DNA of 35,248 nucleotides from a virus (IMGVR_UViG_3300025671_000227:1-35248); one strand, 5' to 3'. Counted from the stretch's first letter, positions 19,672-27,682 are shown. Made by a program: numbers and translations. Notes: generated by a model from the letters alone, not told the origin.

Positions 19672-20820
19672 TTAGCTGTTAGCTCTACGTCTTTGTGCTA
19701 TCTGGTAAGCTAGTAAGTCAGCCCCTTCTAATTGTGGCTTTCCGCTTTGCGGCGCAGATGGCTTTGTAGGCAATTCCGTGTTCTTTAAGGCTTTCACCGT
19801 TTTTTCTTCTCCTACTGACAAGGCTTGATTTACTGCCGCTTGTATAAGCGTGTCCCTTGTCTCTTTATTTGCCCACATTAAGTCTTCTGCGAGTTGTTGG
19901 TAAGATATGTTTCCGTCTTTAACGTAGTTGGAAAAGAAGGTGTTTTCAAAGACTACTTCGTTTAGCATTGTCTTCTTAATCTCCTTTACCTTGTCGGATA
20001 CGTCAAGTGAAACGTCTTGGTCTGCTACGTTCACTTTGATTTGAGAGAACTCCTTTAGAGCAGCGTCAGCTTGTTTTGTTATCTCCTTTTTTCTAGCTTC
20101 AATCTCTTGTGGCGTTAATTGTGGTTGTTGTTCAACCTTCGGCATTGCCATTTGTGACTGTCGCTCTTGGAGCATTTTTCTTGCTTCACGCGCTCGGAAC
20201 TTAGATGTAACTTCAGCGTCACGCTTACGTTGTCTGTAATCTTTTAGCCTGTCGTCGTACTCTTCGTCTAACTCGTCTTCCCTTTGAATTGGCTCTTTTT
20301 CGTATAGAGCGCCAAACTCTTTTTCCACTAAATAATGAATGTCTTCTTGGTCTGCGTCAGGGTTGTTTACCGTTAGCTCCTTAGTAATCAATTCAATAGC
20401 GTGGCGAGGATTTTCAACGTCAAACGATGAGTAATCTACGTTCTGCTCAAGAAGAAAGTTTGCGTCTTGAATGTCGATTCCTTTTTGCTTGAACTCAATG
20501 AGTTTGGCAATATAGGGGTCTTCTTCCAAGTTGTAGTACTTGTCTTTAGCGTCAGGAGAAATCCAACCTTCTTTAGAGGCTAGTTCTGTCCAATCCGATA
20601 CTTGCTCACTTTCCGTTGTTTCCGTTGGTTCGGTTTGTTCTGCCGATTCTTCGGTTTGTTCGGTTTGTGGTTCGGTTGCTTTTGGCTCGTCTACCGTTTT
20701 TGTACTACCCGCTTCTTCTTGGGGTTCGTCTGTTTTCAAAGAACTATCTTCAATGCTTTCGTCCTTGTTTTTATCGCCACGTATTTGGCGAATTAACAAT
20801 TCTTCCTTTTCTTTTTCCAA
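19672..20820 (-). CDS. Probable capsid scaffolding protein (382 aa, TTG start)
   Basis: Very acidic, low-complexity N-terminus and coiled coil, immediately upstream of MCP. Confidence 0.75.
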   Translation of the reverse strand: MEKEKEELLIRQIRGDKNKDESIEDSSLKTDEPQEEAGSTKTVDEPKATEPQTEQTEESAEQTEPTETTESEQVSDWTELASKEGWISPDAKDKYYNLEEDPYIAKLIEFKQKGIDIQDANFLLEQNVDYSSFDVENPRHAIELITKELTVNNPDADQEDIHYLVEKEFGALYEKEPIQREDELDEEYDDRLKDYRQRKRDAEVTSKFRAREARKMLQERQSQMAMPKVEQQPQLTPQEIEARKKEITKQADAALKEFSQIKVNVADQDVSLDVSDKVKEIKKTMLNEVVFENTFFSNYVKDGNISYQQLAEDLMWANKETRDTLIQAAVNQALSVGEEKTVKALKNTELPTKPSAPQSGKPQLEGADLLAYQIAQRRRANS

Positions 20821-20845
20821 AATCTTTAATTTAACTCGTTGTTAT

Positions 20846-20870
20846 TGCAAAAATAATTACTATATTTGCA
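20846..20870. promoter_or_regulatory. Back-to-back divergent -7 promoter elements forming an inverted repeat
   Basis: TGCAAAAATA-ATTAC-TATATTTGCA: TATTTTTG on minus (towards scaffold/MCP) and TATATTTG on plus (towards the HTH gene); arms match 9/10. Confidence 0.75.
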
Positions 20871-20900
20871 GGTTATTATTCCTATACAACATAAAGATTT

Positions 20901-21167
20901 ATGAAAGACGTAGACGCTGACAGCCAAGACCTAGACCAAAAACTACAAGTAGCAAATAACTTTTTTGGGCGGGGAATAAAGTTTCTTAGGAAAAAGCACA
21001 ACATCACCCAACAAGAGTTGGAGTGGTATTCAGGTGTTCAACAAAACGTAATATCAATGATGGAAAGTGGAAAGGCTAACTTTAAAATGGAACACGTTGT
21101 TAGAATAGCCGCAGCGTTCAACATGAACATTGTTACTTTCTTTGACGTTTGCTTAGTGGCTAGTTGA
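20901..21167 (+). CDS. XRE/Cro-family helix-turn-helix regulator (88 aa)
   Basis: GIKFLRKKHNITQQELEWYSGVQQNVISMMESGKANFKMEHVVRIAAAF. Confidence 0.9.
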   Translation: MKDVDADSQDLDQKLQVANNFFGRGIKFLRKKHNITQQELEWYSGVQQNVISMMESGKANFKMEHVVRIAAAFNMNIVTFFDVCLVAS

Positions 21168-21191
21168 TTATTCCGCACATTTAAAAACGTG

Positions 21192-21251
21192 CGCTAACAG
21201 TCGCTATCCATCATTAAAACGATGGGATAGCTTGGTGTTATGTACCATGCT
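21192..21251 (-). other. attC-like recombination site B (downstream of cassette ORF)
   Basis: Minus strand AGCATGGT-ACATAAC-ACCAA-GCTATCC[C]ATC-GTTTTAAT-GATGGATAGC-GACT-GTTAGCG: AAC/GTT boxes, unpaired spacer, inner stem with one extrahelical base (G on the opposite strand). Confidence 0.7.
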
Positions 21252-21504
21252 ACCGAATCATAATCATAAACTTCACTAAGTCCTCAAAATCGTCATATTG
21301 CATTTTTATTTTCACATCATCAATACTATAATCATCATTAGGTACATAATGTAATTCTACTGTTTTGGCTTTGCTATCATGCAATATTTCCCATTTTGAA
21401 TTATCACTTTCGCTTACCCACAACTTTTTCCAAAAAGCACGGTACATAACAAAGTATATAACCCATTGCTTTAGTTGTCTATATTTCCACTTTATGCAAT
21501 CCAT
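21250..21504 (-). CDS. Small hypothetical cassette-like protein (84 aa from ATG 21504; 65 aa from internal ATG 21447)
   Basis: AT-rich ORF with an A-rich leader (TTAAAAGAAACAGATTT-ATG), bracketed by attC-like sites; no recognisable domain. Confidence 0.65.
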   Translation of the reverse strand: MDCIKWKYRQLKQWVIYFVMYRAFWKKLWVSESDNSKWEILHDSKAKTVELHYVPNDDYSIDDVKIKMQYDDFEDLVKFMIMIR

Positions 21505-21563
21505 AAATCTGTTTCTTTTAATTAAATCCTGTGTAGCAACGGCTCATATACAAACCGTTAGGC
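21444..21563 (-). other. attC-like recombination site A (contains start codon and first 18 codons of the ORF)
   Basis: Minus strand GCCTAAC (exact RYYYAAC)-GGTTT-GTATATGAGCCGTTGCT-[~64 nt loop with ATG]-AGCAATGGGTTATATAC-TTT-GTTATGT. The 17-nt arms give 14 Watson-Crick pairs, 2 G:T and 1 mismatch. Confidence 0.7.
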
Positions 21564-21570
21564 AAATGTA
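21563..21570 (-). promoter_or_regulatory. -7 element TACATTTG abutting site A (Pc-like cassette promoter)
   Basis: TAnnTTTG whose final G is the first base of GCCTAAC. Confidence 0.65.
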
Positions 21571-21603
21571 AGTAAAATAATTGGAAAATCGAACTTTTAA
21601 TAT

Positions 21604-23997
21604 TTAAGACCTGATGTTTCTTTCGACATCATCCTCTGGTCTTGGGGTGGTTCTTACCGTGGGGGCTTTTGGCATACCTAACCCACCTCCTCCGTTAGCA
21701 GCCTTTGTGGTGTTTGTTGCAAGGGTGCTTTCTTCCCCATCTTTGGCAGTTTCTAAAAGGTCTTGCTTGATTTCGCCTTCCAACACAGCTAACTCTTTCT
21801 TCTTCTCGTACTCTAGTTCTAAGTAGCGTTCTTTTCTGTCGTACTCTGCGTTTAGAACAGCCGCCTCTTTTTGTGCTTGAGCCTCTAAGGTCTTTCTCTT
21901 TTCTTCTTCCGCCACTCTTGCTGCTAGAGATTGGACTTCTGCGTTTTGTTGTTGCAGAGCCATAGACTGTTCTTGTTGCACCTTTCTGAATTTCTTCATT
22001 AGGTGTTGCATTACTCTTTCAGCGGTCTTTATTGATTGCTTAGATACCCTTCTTACAATCATAGCCATGTCAATAGAGATTTGGTTTCTGTCAAGGGCTA
22101 TTCCTAAATCCCTTTCCATTTGCTCCATTTCCAAATCTGTAGGGCGGTAGTTAATCTTAACCCCAATCTCAGCTAACGAGAGGTCTTTGGTAAGATTAAT
22201 CATATCAACCCGTTCCTTTCCTATTGCTTTGGAGTAGGCTTTATCCATTCCCGAACCCATAGCAATAGAGTCTCTTACAAGTAGTACAACGTTTTCTGCC
22301 GTTGCTTCTATTAACTTAGTGTAAGCTTCTGTAAGGTGCTTAATGGAGTTTTGGTGTGCTTTCTCCTTTATCTTTTCTATTCCAACCGCTGCGTCTTTAT
22401 CAATAGAAGTGGTTTGGTTGAACCCTGTTATTTCGTACAGCTTTTGTAAACCGTAGTCGTACATTTGCTGTAGAACAATAATGTCTTGCGGAAGACCGTT
22501 TACCAACTGCCTTACAGGTTGTGGGTCGTTTATTGGTTGCCCTGCTTCGTCTTTTAAGGAGTAGTAAATAGTTCCCGTCTCGTCGAACATCTTTTGAGCT
22601 TCTACCTCGTCGTAAGAGTCGTAAGCCATTCCAGCCCCTTGAAGAGCATCGGAGTTGATTGCAAGTCCAGAAGGTCTCGACTCGTTTATTAATTGCTGTC
22701 TCTTTAAATCAAGCAACATCATAAACTCAGCGATTGGTCGCATTTGCTCTACTTTAGACCGAAGGTTCATGTCTAAAATATTAGGAGCAACAACTTTGTA
22801 CGGACATTGCACCTTTGACTCATAAAGACCGTCGATTTTTTTACGCAACAGATTCTTTTTCATTCCGTAGTCGTAAATGAAATTCGTCTCAACAACCCAC
22901 TTTCCTCCGTAAATTGTTTCAACTGTTTTGTCTACTACCTCTGTTACTTTGTGCTTTCCTTTTTCGTCGTACTCGTCACTCACCATTTCAAAGCGGTAAG
23001 TAGAGCCTTTTCCTGTTTGCTTTTTTCTCCACTTGAACTTATCGGCGCTTCTAAAGATGAAGTCTAACACAAGAACTTTTACAGATTGTATGTCGTCCCA
23101 ACCTACTTCTCTTCTGAACTCGTCGTACTTTCCGTATTCCCAAGAGCGGTTGCCCCACTTTCCTTGAGACATATAAGCTGCTCTAAAAATATCTTCTTTG
23201 TTGAACTCTCCGTTTGTTTCTTTTATAAGTTCGGAGATTTCCATTTCTTGTACCTCTCCAAAGTATCTCCAATCAGAAGCGTCTTCTTCCGTAAAATAAG
23301 AGTAAATGAAGTTAGGAATCTGTACCGCTCTTATTCTTGGGTTTCCAAACTCGTCATAGTCTGTTCTTGTTGCGGCAATTTGATTGGACATAAGGTTAAA
23401 AGCTATTCTTCTTCTTAACCAATAGTCTCTGTTGTTTTGAAATACGTACTGAAGTGCGCCTTCGTAAGCCTCTTCAAAAGGAGCTTTGTAGTTTAGCTCA
23501 AGGTCTATTTCTATTTCCTCTAACGTGTCGGGTACGGTTTCCATTTCCTCTTCCGACATTATTTGGATTCCGTTTTGCGCGAACTCGGCAGCCTCTTTCT
23601 TTAGTCTTAGCTTTCCTCTACGCCTAGCTAGTTCTTTATCGTACTCTCCTTTTGAGGTGATGTCGTAAGCCTCGCAAACTAAGTCGTAGTCTCTTGAGGT
23701 AGTTCGGTTTACAAAGTCGTTTACAAGCGTTACAATAGGGTTTGCAACGTTCCAGTTCATTTGAGAGTAAGAGTTGTCTCCTGTGGCTATGCAGTCGTGA
23801 AGGTAAGTAATGTCCTCTTGACCCGTTGACCAATTAATGTTCTCTATCATTCTGTTTCTACGCTCGGTAGAATAGAAGTCAACGCCTTGGTATTCGTTCC
23901 ACCAAATTGCTTTTACGTAGTCGAGAATGTACTTTTTACTTTTTTTCTTTGACTTAGGTGCTACTAAATCTGGAAAATTTAAAGGGGAAGACGACAT
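21604..23997 (-). CDS. Portal protein (797 aa)
   Basis: FPDLVAP..K..KYIL.Y.KAIW N-terminus, YFGEVQEM.ISEL, IYGGKWV, MFDETGTIYY, long C-terminal coiled coil; typical size and position. Confidence 0.9.
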   Translation of the reverse strand: MSSSPLNFPDLVAPKSKKKSKKYILDYVKAIWWNEYQGVDFYSTERRNRMIENINWSTGQEDITYLHDCIATGDNSYSQMNWNVANPIVTLVNDFVNRTTSRDYDLVCEAYDITSKGEYDKELARRRGKLRLKKEAAEFAQNGIQIMSEEEMETVPDTLEEIEIDLELNYKAPFEEAYEGALQYVFQNNRDYWLRRRIAFNLMSNQIAATRTDYDEFGNPRIRAVQIPNFIYSYFTEEDASDWRYFGEVQEMEISELIKETNGEFNKEDIFRAAYMSQGKWGNRSWEYGKYDEFRREVGWDDIQSVKVLVLDFIFRSADKFKWRKKQTGKGSTYRFEMVSDEYDEKGKHKVTEVVDKTVETIYGGKWVVETNFIYDYGMKKNLLRKKIDGLYESKVQCPYKVVAPNILDMNLRSKVEQMRPIAEFMMLLDLKRQQLINESRPSGLAINSDALQGAGMAYDSYDEVEAQKMFDETGTIYYSLKDEAGQPINDPQPVRQLVNGLPQDIIVLQQMYDYGLQKLYEITGFNQTTSIDKDAAVGIEKIKEKAHQNSIKHLTEAYTKLIEATAENVVLLVRDSIAMGSGMDKAYSKAIGKERVDMINLTKDLSLAEIGVKINYRPTDLEMEQMERDLGIALDRNQISIDMAMIVRRVSKQSIKTAERVMQHLMKKFRKVQQEQSMALQQQNAEVQSLAARVAEEEKRKTLEAQAQKEAAVLNAEYDRKERYLELEYEKKKELAVLEGEIKQDLLETAKDGEESTLATNTTKAANGGGGLGMPKAPTVRTTPRPEDDVERNIRS

Positions 23998-24016
23998 ACT
24001 TTGCTTTACTTAATTG

Positions 24017-24024
24017 CAAAGATA
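24017..24024 (-). promoter_or_regulatory. -7 element TATCTTTG upstream of portal
   Basis: TAnnTTTG followed by CA, 19 nt before ATG 23997. Confidence 0.7.
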
Positions 24025-24091
24025 ATAAACTAAGTAGTTGGCTATTATTTAGTATTGCGATACTTGATAAAGAGTTTTTAATTCGCACTAT

Positions 24092-24457
24092 TTACTTAAT
24101 CAGCCCAACGTTGTAGAAATAACTGAACGAAAAGCCAAAACAAACCCTCCAAATAAGCGCAAAGAAAATTGTGTCGTAGATGTTTTGAGAACCTATTACG
24201 ATAATAGATATGGTTACTGTGGTCAACAAAAAGCTTTTAGCTAAGTGCCACCCATCTGTGAAAGTTACAGGAATGTTCCTTCGGGTTGTAAACGTTTCGT
24301 CAACGTACTTGTTTTTCCATCCGTCTTGGTGAAAGAACAGAAACAACTTCTTGTTGTCTATTTCTGAAAATACAGACCTTTCCCAACGGTGTTTAATAAC
24401 GTCCATTACGGCGTTAAAGAAACCGCAAATAAATCCTAAGAGAAACGCTTCGCCCAT
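24092..24457 (-). CDS. Multi-pass membrane protein (121 aa)
   Basis: Start re-assigned to ATG 24457 (MGEAFLLGFICGFFNAVMD); WKNKY and TFTDGWHLAK motifs with three hydrophobic segments. Confidence 0.7.
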   Translation of the reverse strand: MGEAFLLGFICGFFNAVMDVIKHRWERSVFSEIDNKKLFLFFHQDGWKNKYVDETFTTRRNIPVTFTDGWHLAKSFLLTTVTISIIVIGSQNIYDTIFFALIWRVCFGFSFSYFYNVGLIK

Positions 24458-24663
24458 TTTCTGTGACTTATGATTATAGCAACGGTGTAAATAGTAAACA
24501 GCACCGCAAGGCAAACCTTTGGTACAGTTGACTCCATTACGTCGTTTACTGATTCTTCGTTGAAGTGTAGCCAAATAAATATACTCGGCAAAACGATAAA
24601 GTTCAAAGCGCAAAATATGCCGAAACCTCTATCTGCTTTTATGTGTTTTATGAATGTTTTCAT
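24436..24663 (-). CDS. Small two-TM membrane protein (75 aa), holin-like topology possible
   Basis: Two hydrophobic helices and a basic C-terminus; starts 1 nt after the exonuclease stop. Confidence 0.55.
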   Translation of the reverse strand: MKTFIKHIKADRGFGIFCALNFIVLPSIFIWLHFNEESVNDVMESTVPKVCLAVLFTIYTVAIIISHRKWAKRFS

Positions 24664-24664
24664 G

Positions 24665-25627
24665 TCATTTCGGTAAGCTTGAAGTTATGTGTTGATTTGC
24701 TCCTGCGGGAGTGTTTGCCCTTCTTGCTCTTGTTTGGCTTCCACAGTCGTCACACCTATAAGCGTCGTAAGTGTTTACTGTTGTTGCGTAATCGCCAATG
24801 TAAGTTAAGTGCGTTCCTCCGCAAGACGGACATACCCTATCAAAGTTGCTTTCAATGAACAACCCGATATTTGGGTGCGGTTGAATGTAAGGTCTCATTT
24901 CGAGGTAAACATTTTCAAGGAGCGTGCAGTCAATGTCGCAATATTTTTGCATACGCTCCATAGCTTCCTTGTCTCCGTCCTCTACTTTATCCCAAAGACC
25001 TTTTTCTGTTTCTAGCTTTCTTCCAACACCTAAAAACTCACCTAGATAGTCTAGTCGGTTGCTTGTTATTTTAAACTGTTTTCTTGCGTGAAGAAGTGTG
25101 TCTATTGTTTGGTAAGGGGAGGGAAGAGCTATCCCGTTTTTTAAGAACCTAGTTTGGGCTACCTTACGGTCAAATCTGTTTAAATTATGTGCGATTACAA
25201 TGTCAGCCTCGTCCAACATATTCCAAAGGGCTTGCGTAACCCTTTTATCGTCTCCCTTTTCTATTTCGCTTGGGGTGCAAGAGGCGTTGTAAATCTTATC
25301 TTCAAATAACCACTTAGCAGACCAACACAGTATGTGCCAATCTTTTGTTATGTGGTCGGGGTTTAAGTTCTGTTGCCAAATGCTAAATACCCTTGTCTTA
25401 AACTCAATGTGAGAGGTTTCAATATCGAACAGAAGTATCTTTGCGGTGTTCTTTAAATCAGCCAACCCCTTTCTGTTGATTAGTCGTCTTGCATAAGTCC
25501 TTAACAAGTCTACTTCGCTAGTGTTTTTATCTACTCCTAAAATCTTTTTGGCGATGCTGTAGTAGTTCTTGTCTCCGTGTTTGTAGTTCTCGATAATCAA
25601 GTTATCGTACTTTTTCCACTTGCTCAT
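24665..25627 (-). CDS. DEDD/DnaQ-like (RNase H fold) 3'-5' exonuclease with C-terminal zinc ribbon
   Basis: ExoI LLFDIET, ExoII IAHNLNRFD, ExoIII YCDID; CPSCG...CDDCG. Confidence 0.88.
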   Translation of the reverse strand: MSKWKKYDNLIIENYKHGDKNYYSIAKKILGVDKNTSEVDLLRTYARRLINRKGLADLKNTAKILLFDIETSHIEFKTRVFSIWQQNLNPDHITKDWHILCWSAKWLFEDKIYNASCTPSEIEKGDDKRVTQALWNMLDEADIVIAHNLNRFDRKVAQTRFLKNGIALPSPYQTIDTLLHARKQFKITSNRLDYLGEFLGVGRKLETEKGLWDKVEDGDKEAMERMQKYCDIDCTLLENVYLEMRPYIQPHPNIGLFIESNFDRVCPSCGGTHLTYIGDYATTVNTYDAYRCDDCGSQTRARRANTPAGANQHITSSLPK

Positions 25628-25962
25628 TTCTTATTTTTAATTAAGTTGTAATAGGACTCGTCAAGACCTTTTATTGTTTCAAGATTTTCTTTGTAGTCAA
25701 ACATCTTTTCTACTCCCGCTAGTTGGTTCTCCCAAATCCCGTGGCAAGTTCGACAGTGTAAGGTGAGATTTTCTACGGTGCTTTCCAAGGACTTGTTGTA
25801 TCCGATTGGCACGAGGTGGGAAATATCTATGCGTCCATTTGATACCCCACATCCACAACAAAAAGCGTATCCATAGGTGTCTAAAAAAGACTCCAAAAAC
25901 TGTTTCTTTGCTTTTGATACCTGTTGGTTTGATTTTGATTGCTTTTTACTTACCTTTCGCAA
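25624..25962 (-). CDS. Small HNH-type nuclease (112 aa)
   Basis: CCGCG....DISHLVP......ENLTLHCRTCH after a basic N-terminus. Confidence 0.8.
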   Translation of the reverse strand: MRKVSKKQSKSNQQVSKAKKQFLESFLDTYGYAFCCGCGVSNGRIDISHLVPIGYNKSLESTVENLTLHCRTCHGIWENQLAGVEKMFDYKENLETIKGLDESYYNLIKNKK

Positions 25963-26278
25963 GATAGTCTTCTAAACTTCCCTCGGCTGCTTTTTCTACG
26001 TATTTGCTGTCAAGGTTTAAAATGCTGTTCTCTAAATCGGCTAAGTCTTTTGTGTACTGTGATAGTTTTTCTAAAAGTACCTTTCCCCTGTCCCAAGATT
26101 TCTCGTCTTTGTCCGATAGGTTATTTTTCGTGGCAAGAACGTTTTGGTTTAAGTAATCTGTGATTCCGTCTACTTGTTTCTTTAAAGCGTGGTAAGCTTT
26201 TACTTTTGTAGACTCGCTTGTAAGAGTAAACACAATCTCTAAAAGCTCTTCTTTTGTCTTGTTTTCAAACTTCTTCAA
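25946..26278 (-). CDS. Helical protein, candidate terminase small subunit (110 aa)
   Basis: TTG at 26278, 2 nt after the upstream TAG, preferred over the track start. All-helical; TerS call is inference from size and position. Confidence 0.4.
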   Translation of the reverse strand: MKKFENKTKEELLEIVFTLTSESTKVKAYHALKKQVDGITDYLNQNVLATKNNLSDKDEKSWDRGKVLLEKLSQYTKDLADLENSILNLDSKYVEKAAEGSLEDYLAKGK

Positions 26279-26280
26279 AA

Positions 26281-27096
26281 CTACTCCTTTTCGCAAATAT
26301 AGTAAATATCTTGCTTGATACAACCCGAATACTTCTTTTTTTTGTACTCAAAGTTATTTGACTGTACTTTGTGGTAGTAAACACGACTGTCTTTCCACCT
26401 TCCCCAACCTCTTAGAGCTTTGTCTTTTGGTATAAAAACTCCGTTCTTTTCTACAAAGTCTTCTTTTTCTTCGTCGTCTAGCGGTTCTATAATGGCGTAA
26501 TCTCCGTAAGGAACAAGTTCACCTTTGTCTATTGTAGCCATGATATGTTGGTCTTGGACTGCTATTAGCTCTTTTTTATTTTCGTCCAAGAAATCGTAGT
26601 CTGCGTCCTCGCTAATGATTATTTCTGTCCCCGCTTTTATCTTGTTGGACTTTACAACTTTGAATTGGTTCTTTAAGTTGTCGGGTTTTGTTTTAAGAAA
26701 TATTGCGCCAGATTTGTAGTTTTCCTCTGGCTCTTCTATTCTTTCTACTATTGTAACGTCACCAACGGCTCTTTTGTTGGTGCAAAGAATTAGTTGGTAA
26801 AGGTTTCCGATTCCTTCACAGAACTTTTGGTCTACCGAGTAGTAAACCTTGTCTTTTATTTGGATACGGGCTTGGTAGTTTCTAGCTAAATGGGAGAAGT
26901 AAACCAACTCACCTTCATCGATGTCAAATTTAGCTGATTTAGGTTTTGCGACCAAAGTTCCGTATTGAACCATGTTGTCGTGTTCTGACCCAAGAGAAGC
27001 GTCAAAGTATATTTCTTTGTCTCCAATTTTTTGTTTAAATGCGTCTTTTTCGGGTACGTCAAAGACATATCTATTTACTACTTTCAAAATATTCAA
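26281..27096 (-). CDS. Tandem GroES-like co-chaperonin domain protein (271 aa)
   Basis: RAVGDVTIVERIEEPEENYKSGAIFL..IKAGTEI..QHIMA and VPYGDYAIIEPLDDEEK..NGVFIP echo GroES (PLGDRVLV..E.KT.GGI.LP); a more diverged N-terminal copy contains GTLVAKP..IDEGELVYF. Confidence 0.7.
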   Translation of the reverse strand: MNILKVVNRYVFDVPEKDAFKQKIGDKEIYFDASLGSEHDNMVQYGTLVAKPKSAKFDIDEGELVYFSHLARNYQARIQIKDKVYYSVDQKFCEGIGNLYQLILCTNKRAVGDVTIVERIEEPEENYKSGAIFLKTKPDNLKNQFKVVKSNKIKAGTEIIISEDADYDFLDENKKELIAVQDQHIMATIDKGELVPYGDYAIIEPLDDEEKEDFVEKNGVFIPKDKALRGWGRWKDSRVYYHKVQSNNFEYKKKKYSGCIKQDIYYICEKE

Positions 27097-27340
27097 TTTT
27101 ACTTACCTCGCGCAAAGATAAGTCAAACCACTTATACTCTACGTCTGTTTGCGTATCTTTTACGAAAATACTTAACATTAGTACTTCGTCCGTTGTGTGA
27201 TACGCTAACTCGTCAAACGGAACAATCCTTGTTATCTTTACCTTTCCGCCTCTTTGGAAGCCGTTGACAAGATAACTCATTCCGTCTTTTAAGTCGCCAA
27301 CGGTGATTTTTCGTATGTTGTCGAAAGTTGGAAACTCCAC
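27071..27340 (-). CDS. Conserved hypothetical phage protein (89 aa)
   Basis: IRKITVG.LKDGMSYLV; GTG start 6 nt after the upstream stop. Confidence 0.7.
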   Translation of the reverse strand: MEFPTFDNIRKITVGDLKDGMSYLVNGFQRGGKVKITRIVPFDELAYHTTDEVLMLSIFVKDTQTDVEYKWFDLSLREVSKIEYFESSK

Positions 27341-27346
27341 AAAAAC

Positions 27347-27625
27347 TTACTCTCCAGCTTTTGCGTACTCAGCTTGAAAAGCTTTTTTAGACATTACAGA
27401 GTAGTTTCCGTCTTTATCTTTGATAAGATAGTCACCAGCGTAAGCAACAGATTTTTCTCCGCCATTTCCGAAAACTGTAACTCTTAGTCCTTTTCCTTCC
27501 GAGTCAACGGTTACGTTTTGGGCGATGGTTGCTTTTGTTTTGAGTATTTTTCGCAAGTCTGATTTCTTTAGTTCAGATGCTTGAATGTCTTCTTGTGAGA
27601 TTTTTACGTAGCTATCAAATTCCAT
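27347..27625 (-). CDS. Hypothetical protein, PGDYG-like motif (92 aa)
   Basis: AYAGDYLIKDKDGNYSVMSKKAFQAEY; A-rich leader and promoter upstream. Confidence 0.65.
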   Translation of the reverse strand: MEFDSYVKISQEDIQASELKKSDLRKILKTKATIAQNVTVDSEGKGLRVTVFGNGGEKSVAYAGDYLIKDKDGNYSVMSKKAFQAEYAKAGE

Positions 27626-27642
27626 TTTTTCTTTACTTTGTA

Positions 27643-27650
27643 CAAAGATA
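27643..27650 (-). promoter_or_regulatory. -7 element TATCTTTG
   Basis: TAnnTTTG 17 nt upstream of ATG 27625, intergenic. Confidence 0.7.
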
Positions 27651-27682
27651 AGACTTTATTAGTTAGGGTATTATTCCGAACA

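Noticed and set aside
3450-27267. Numerous plus-strand ORFs antisense to structural genes (e.g. 3753-4139, 13354-13716, 20540-20920)
   Set aside because: Ser/Leu/Phe-rich mirror translations of well-supported minus-strand genes.
27347-27625. Anti-defence nucleotide sponge call for the 92-aa protein
   Set aside because: I cannot assign the GDYLIK..F..Y motif to a characterised anti-defence family from sequence alone.
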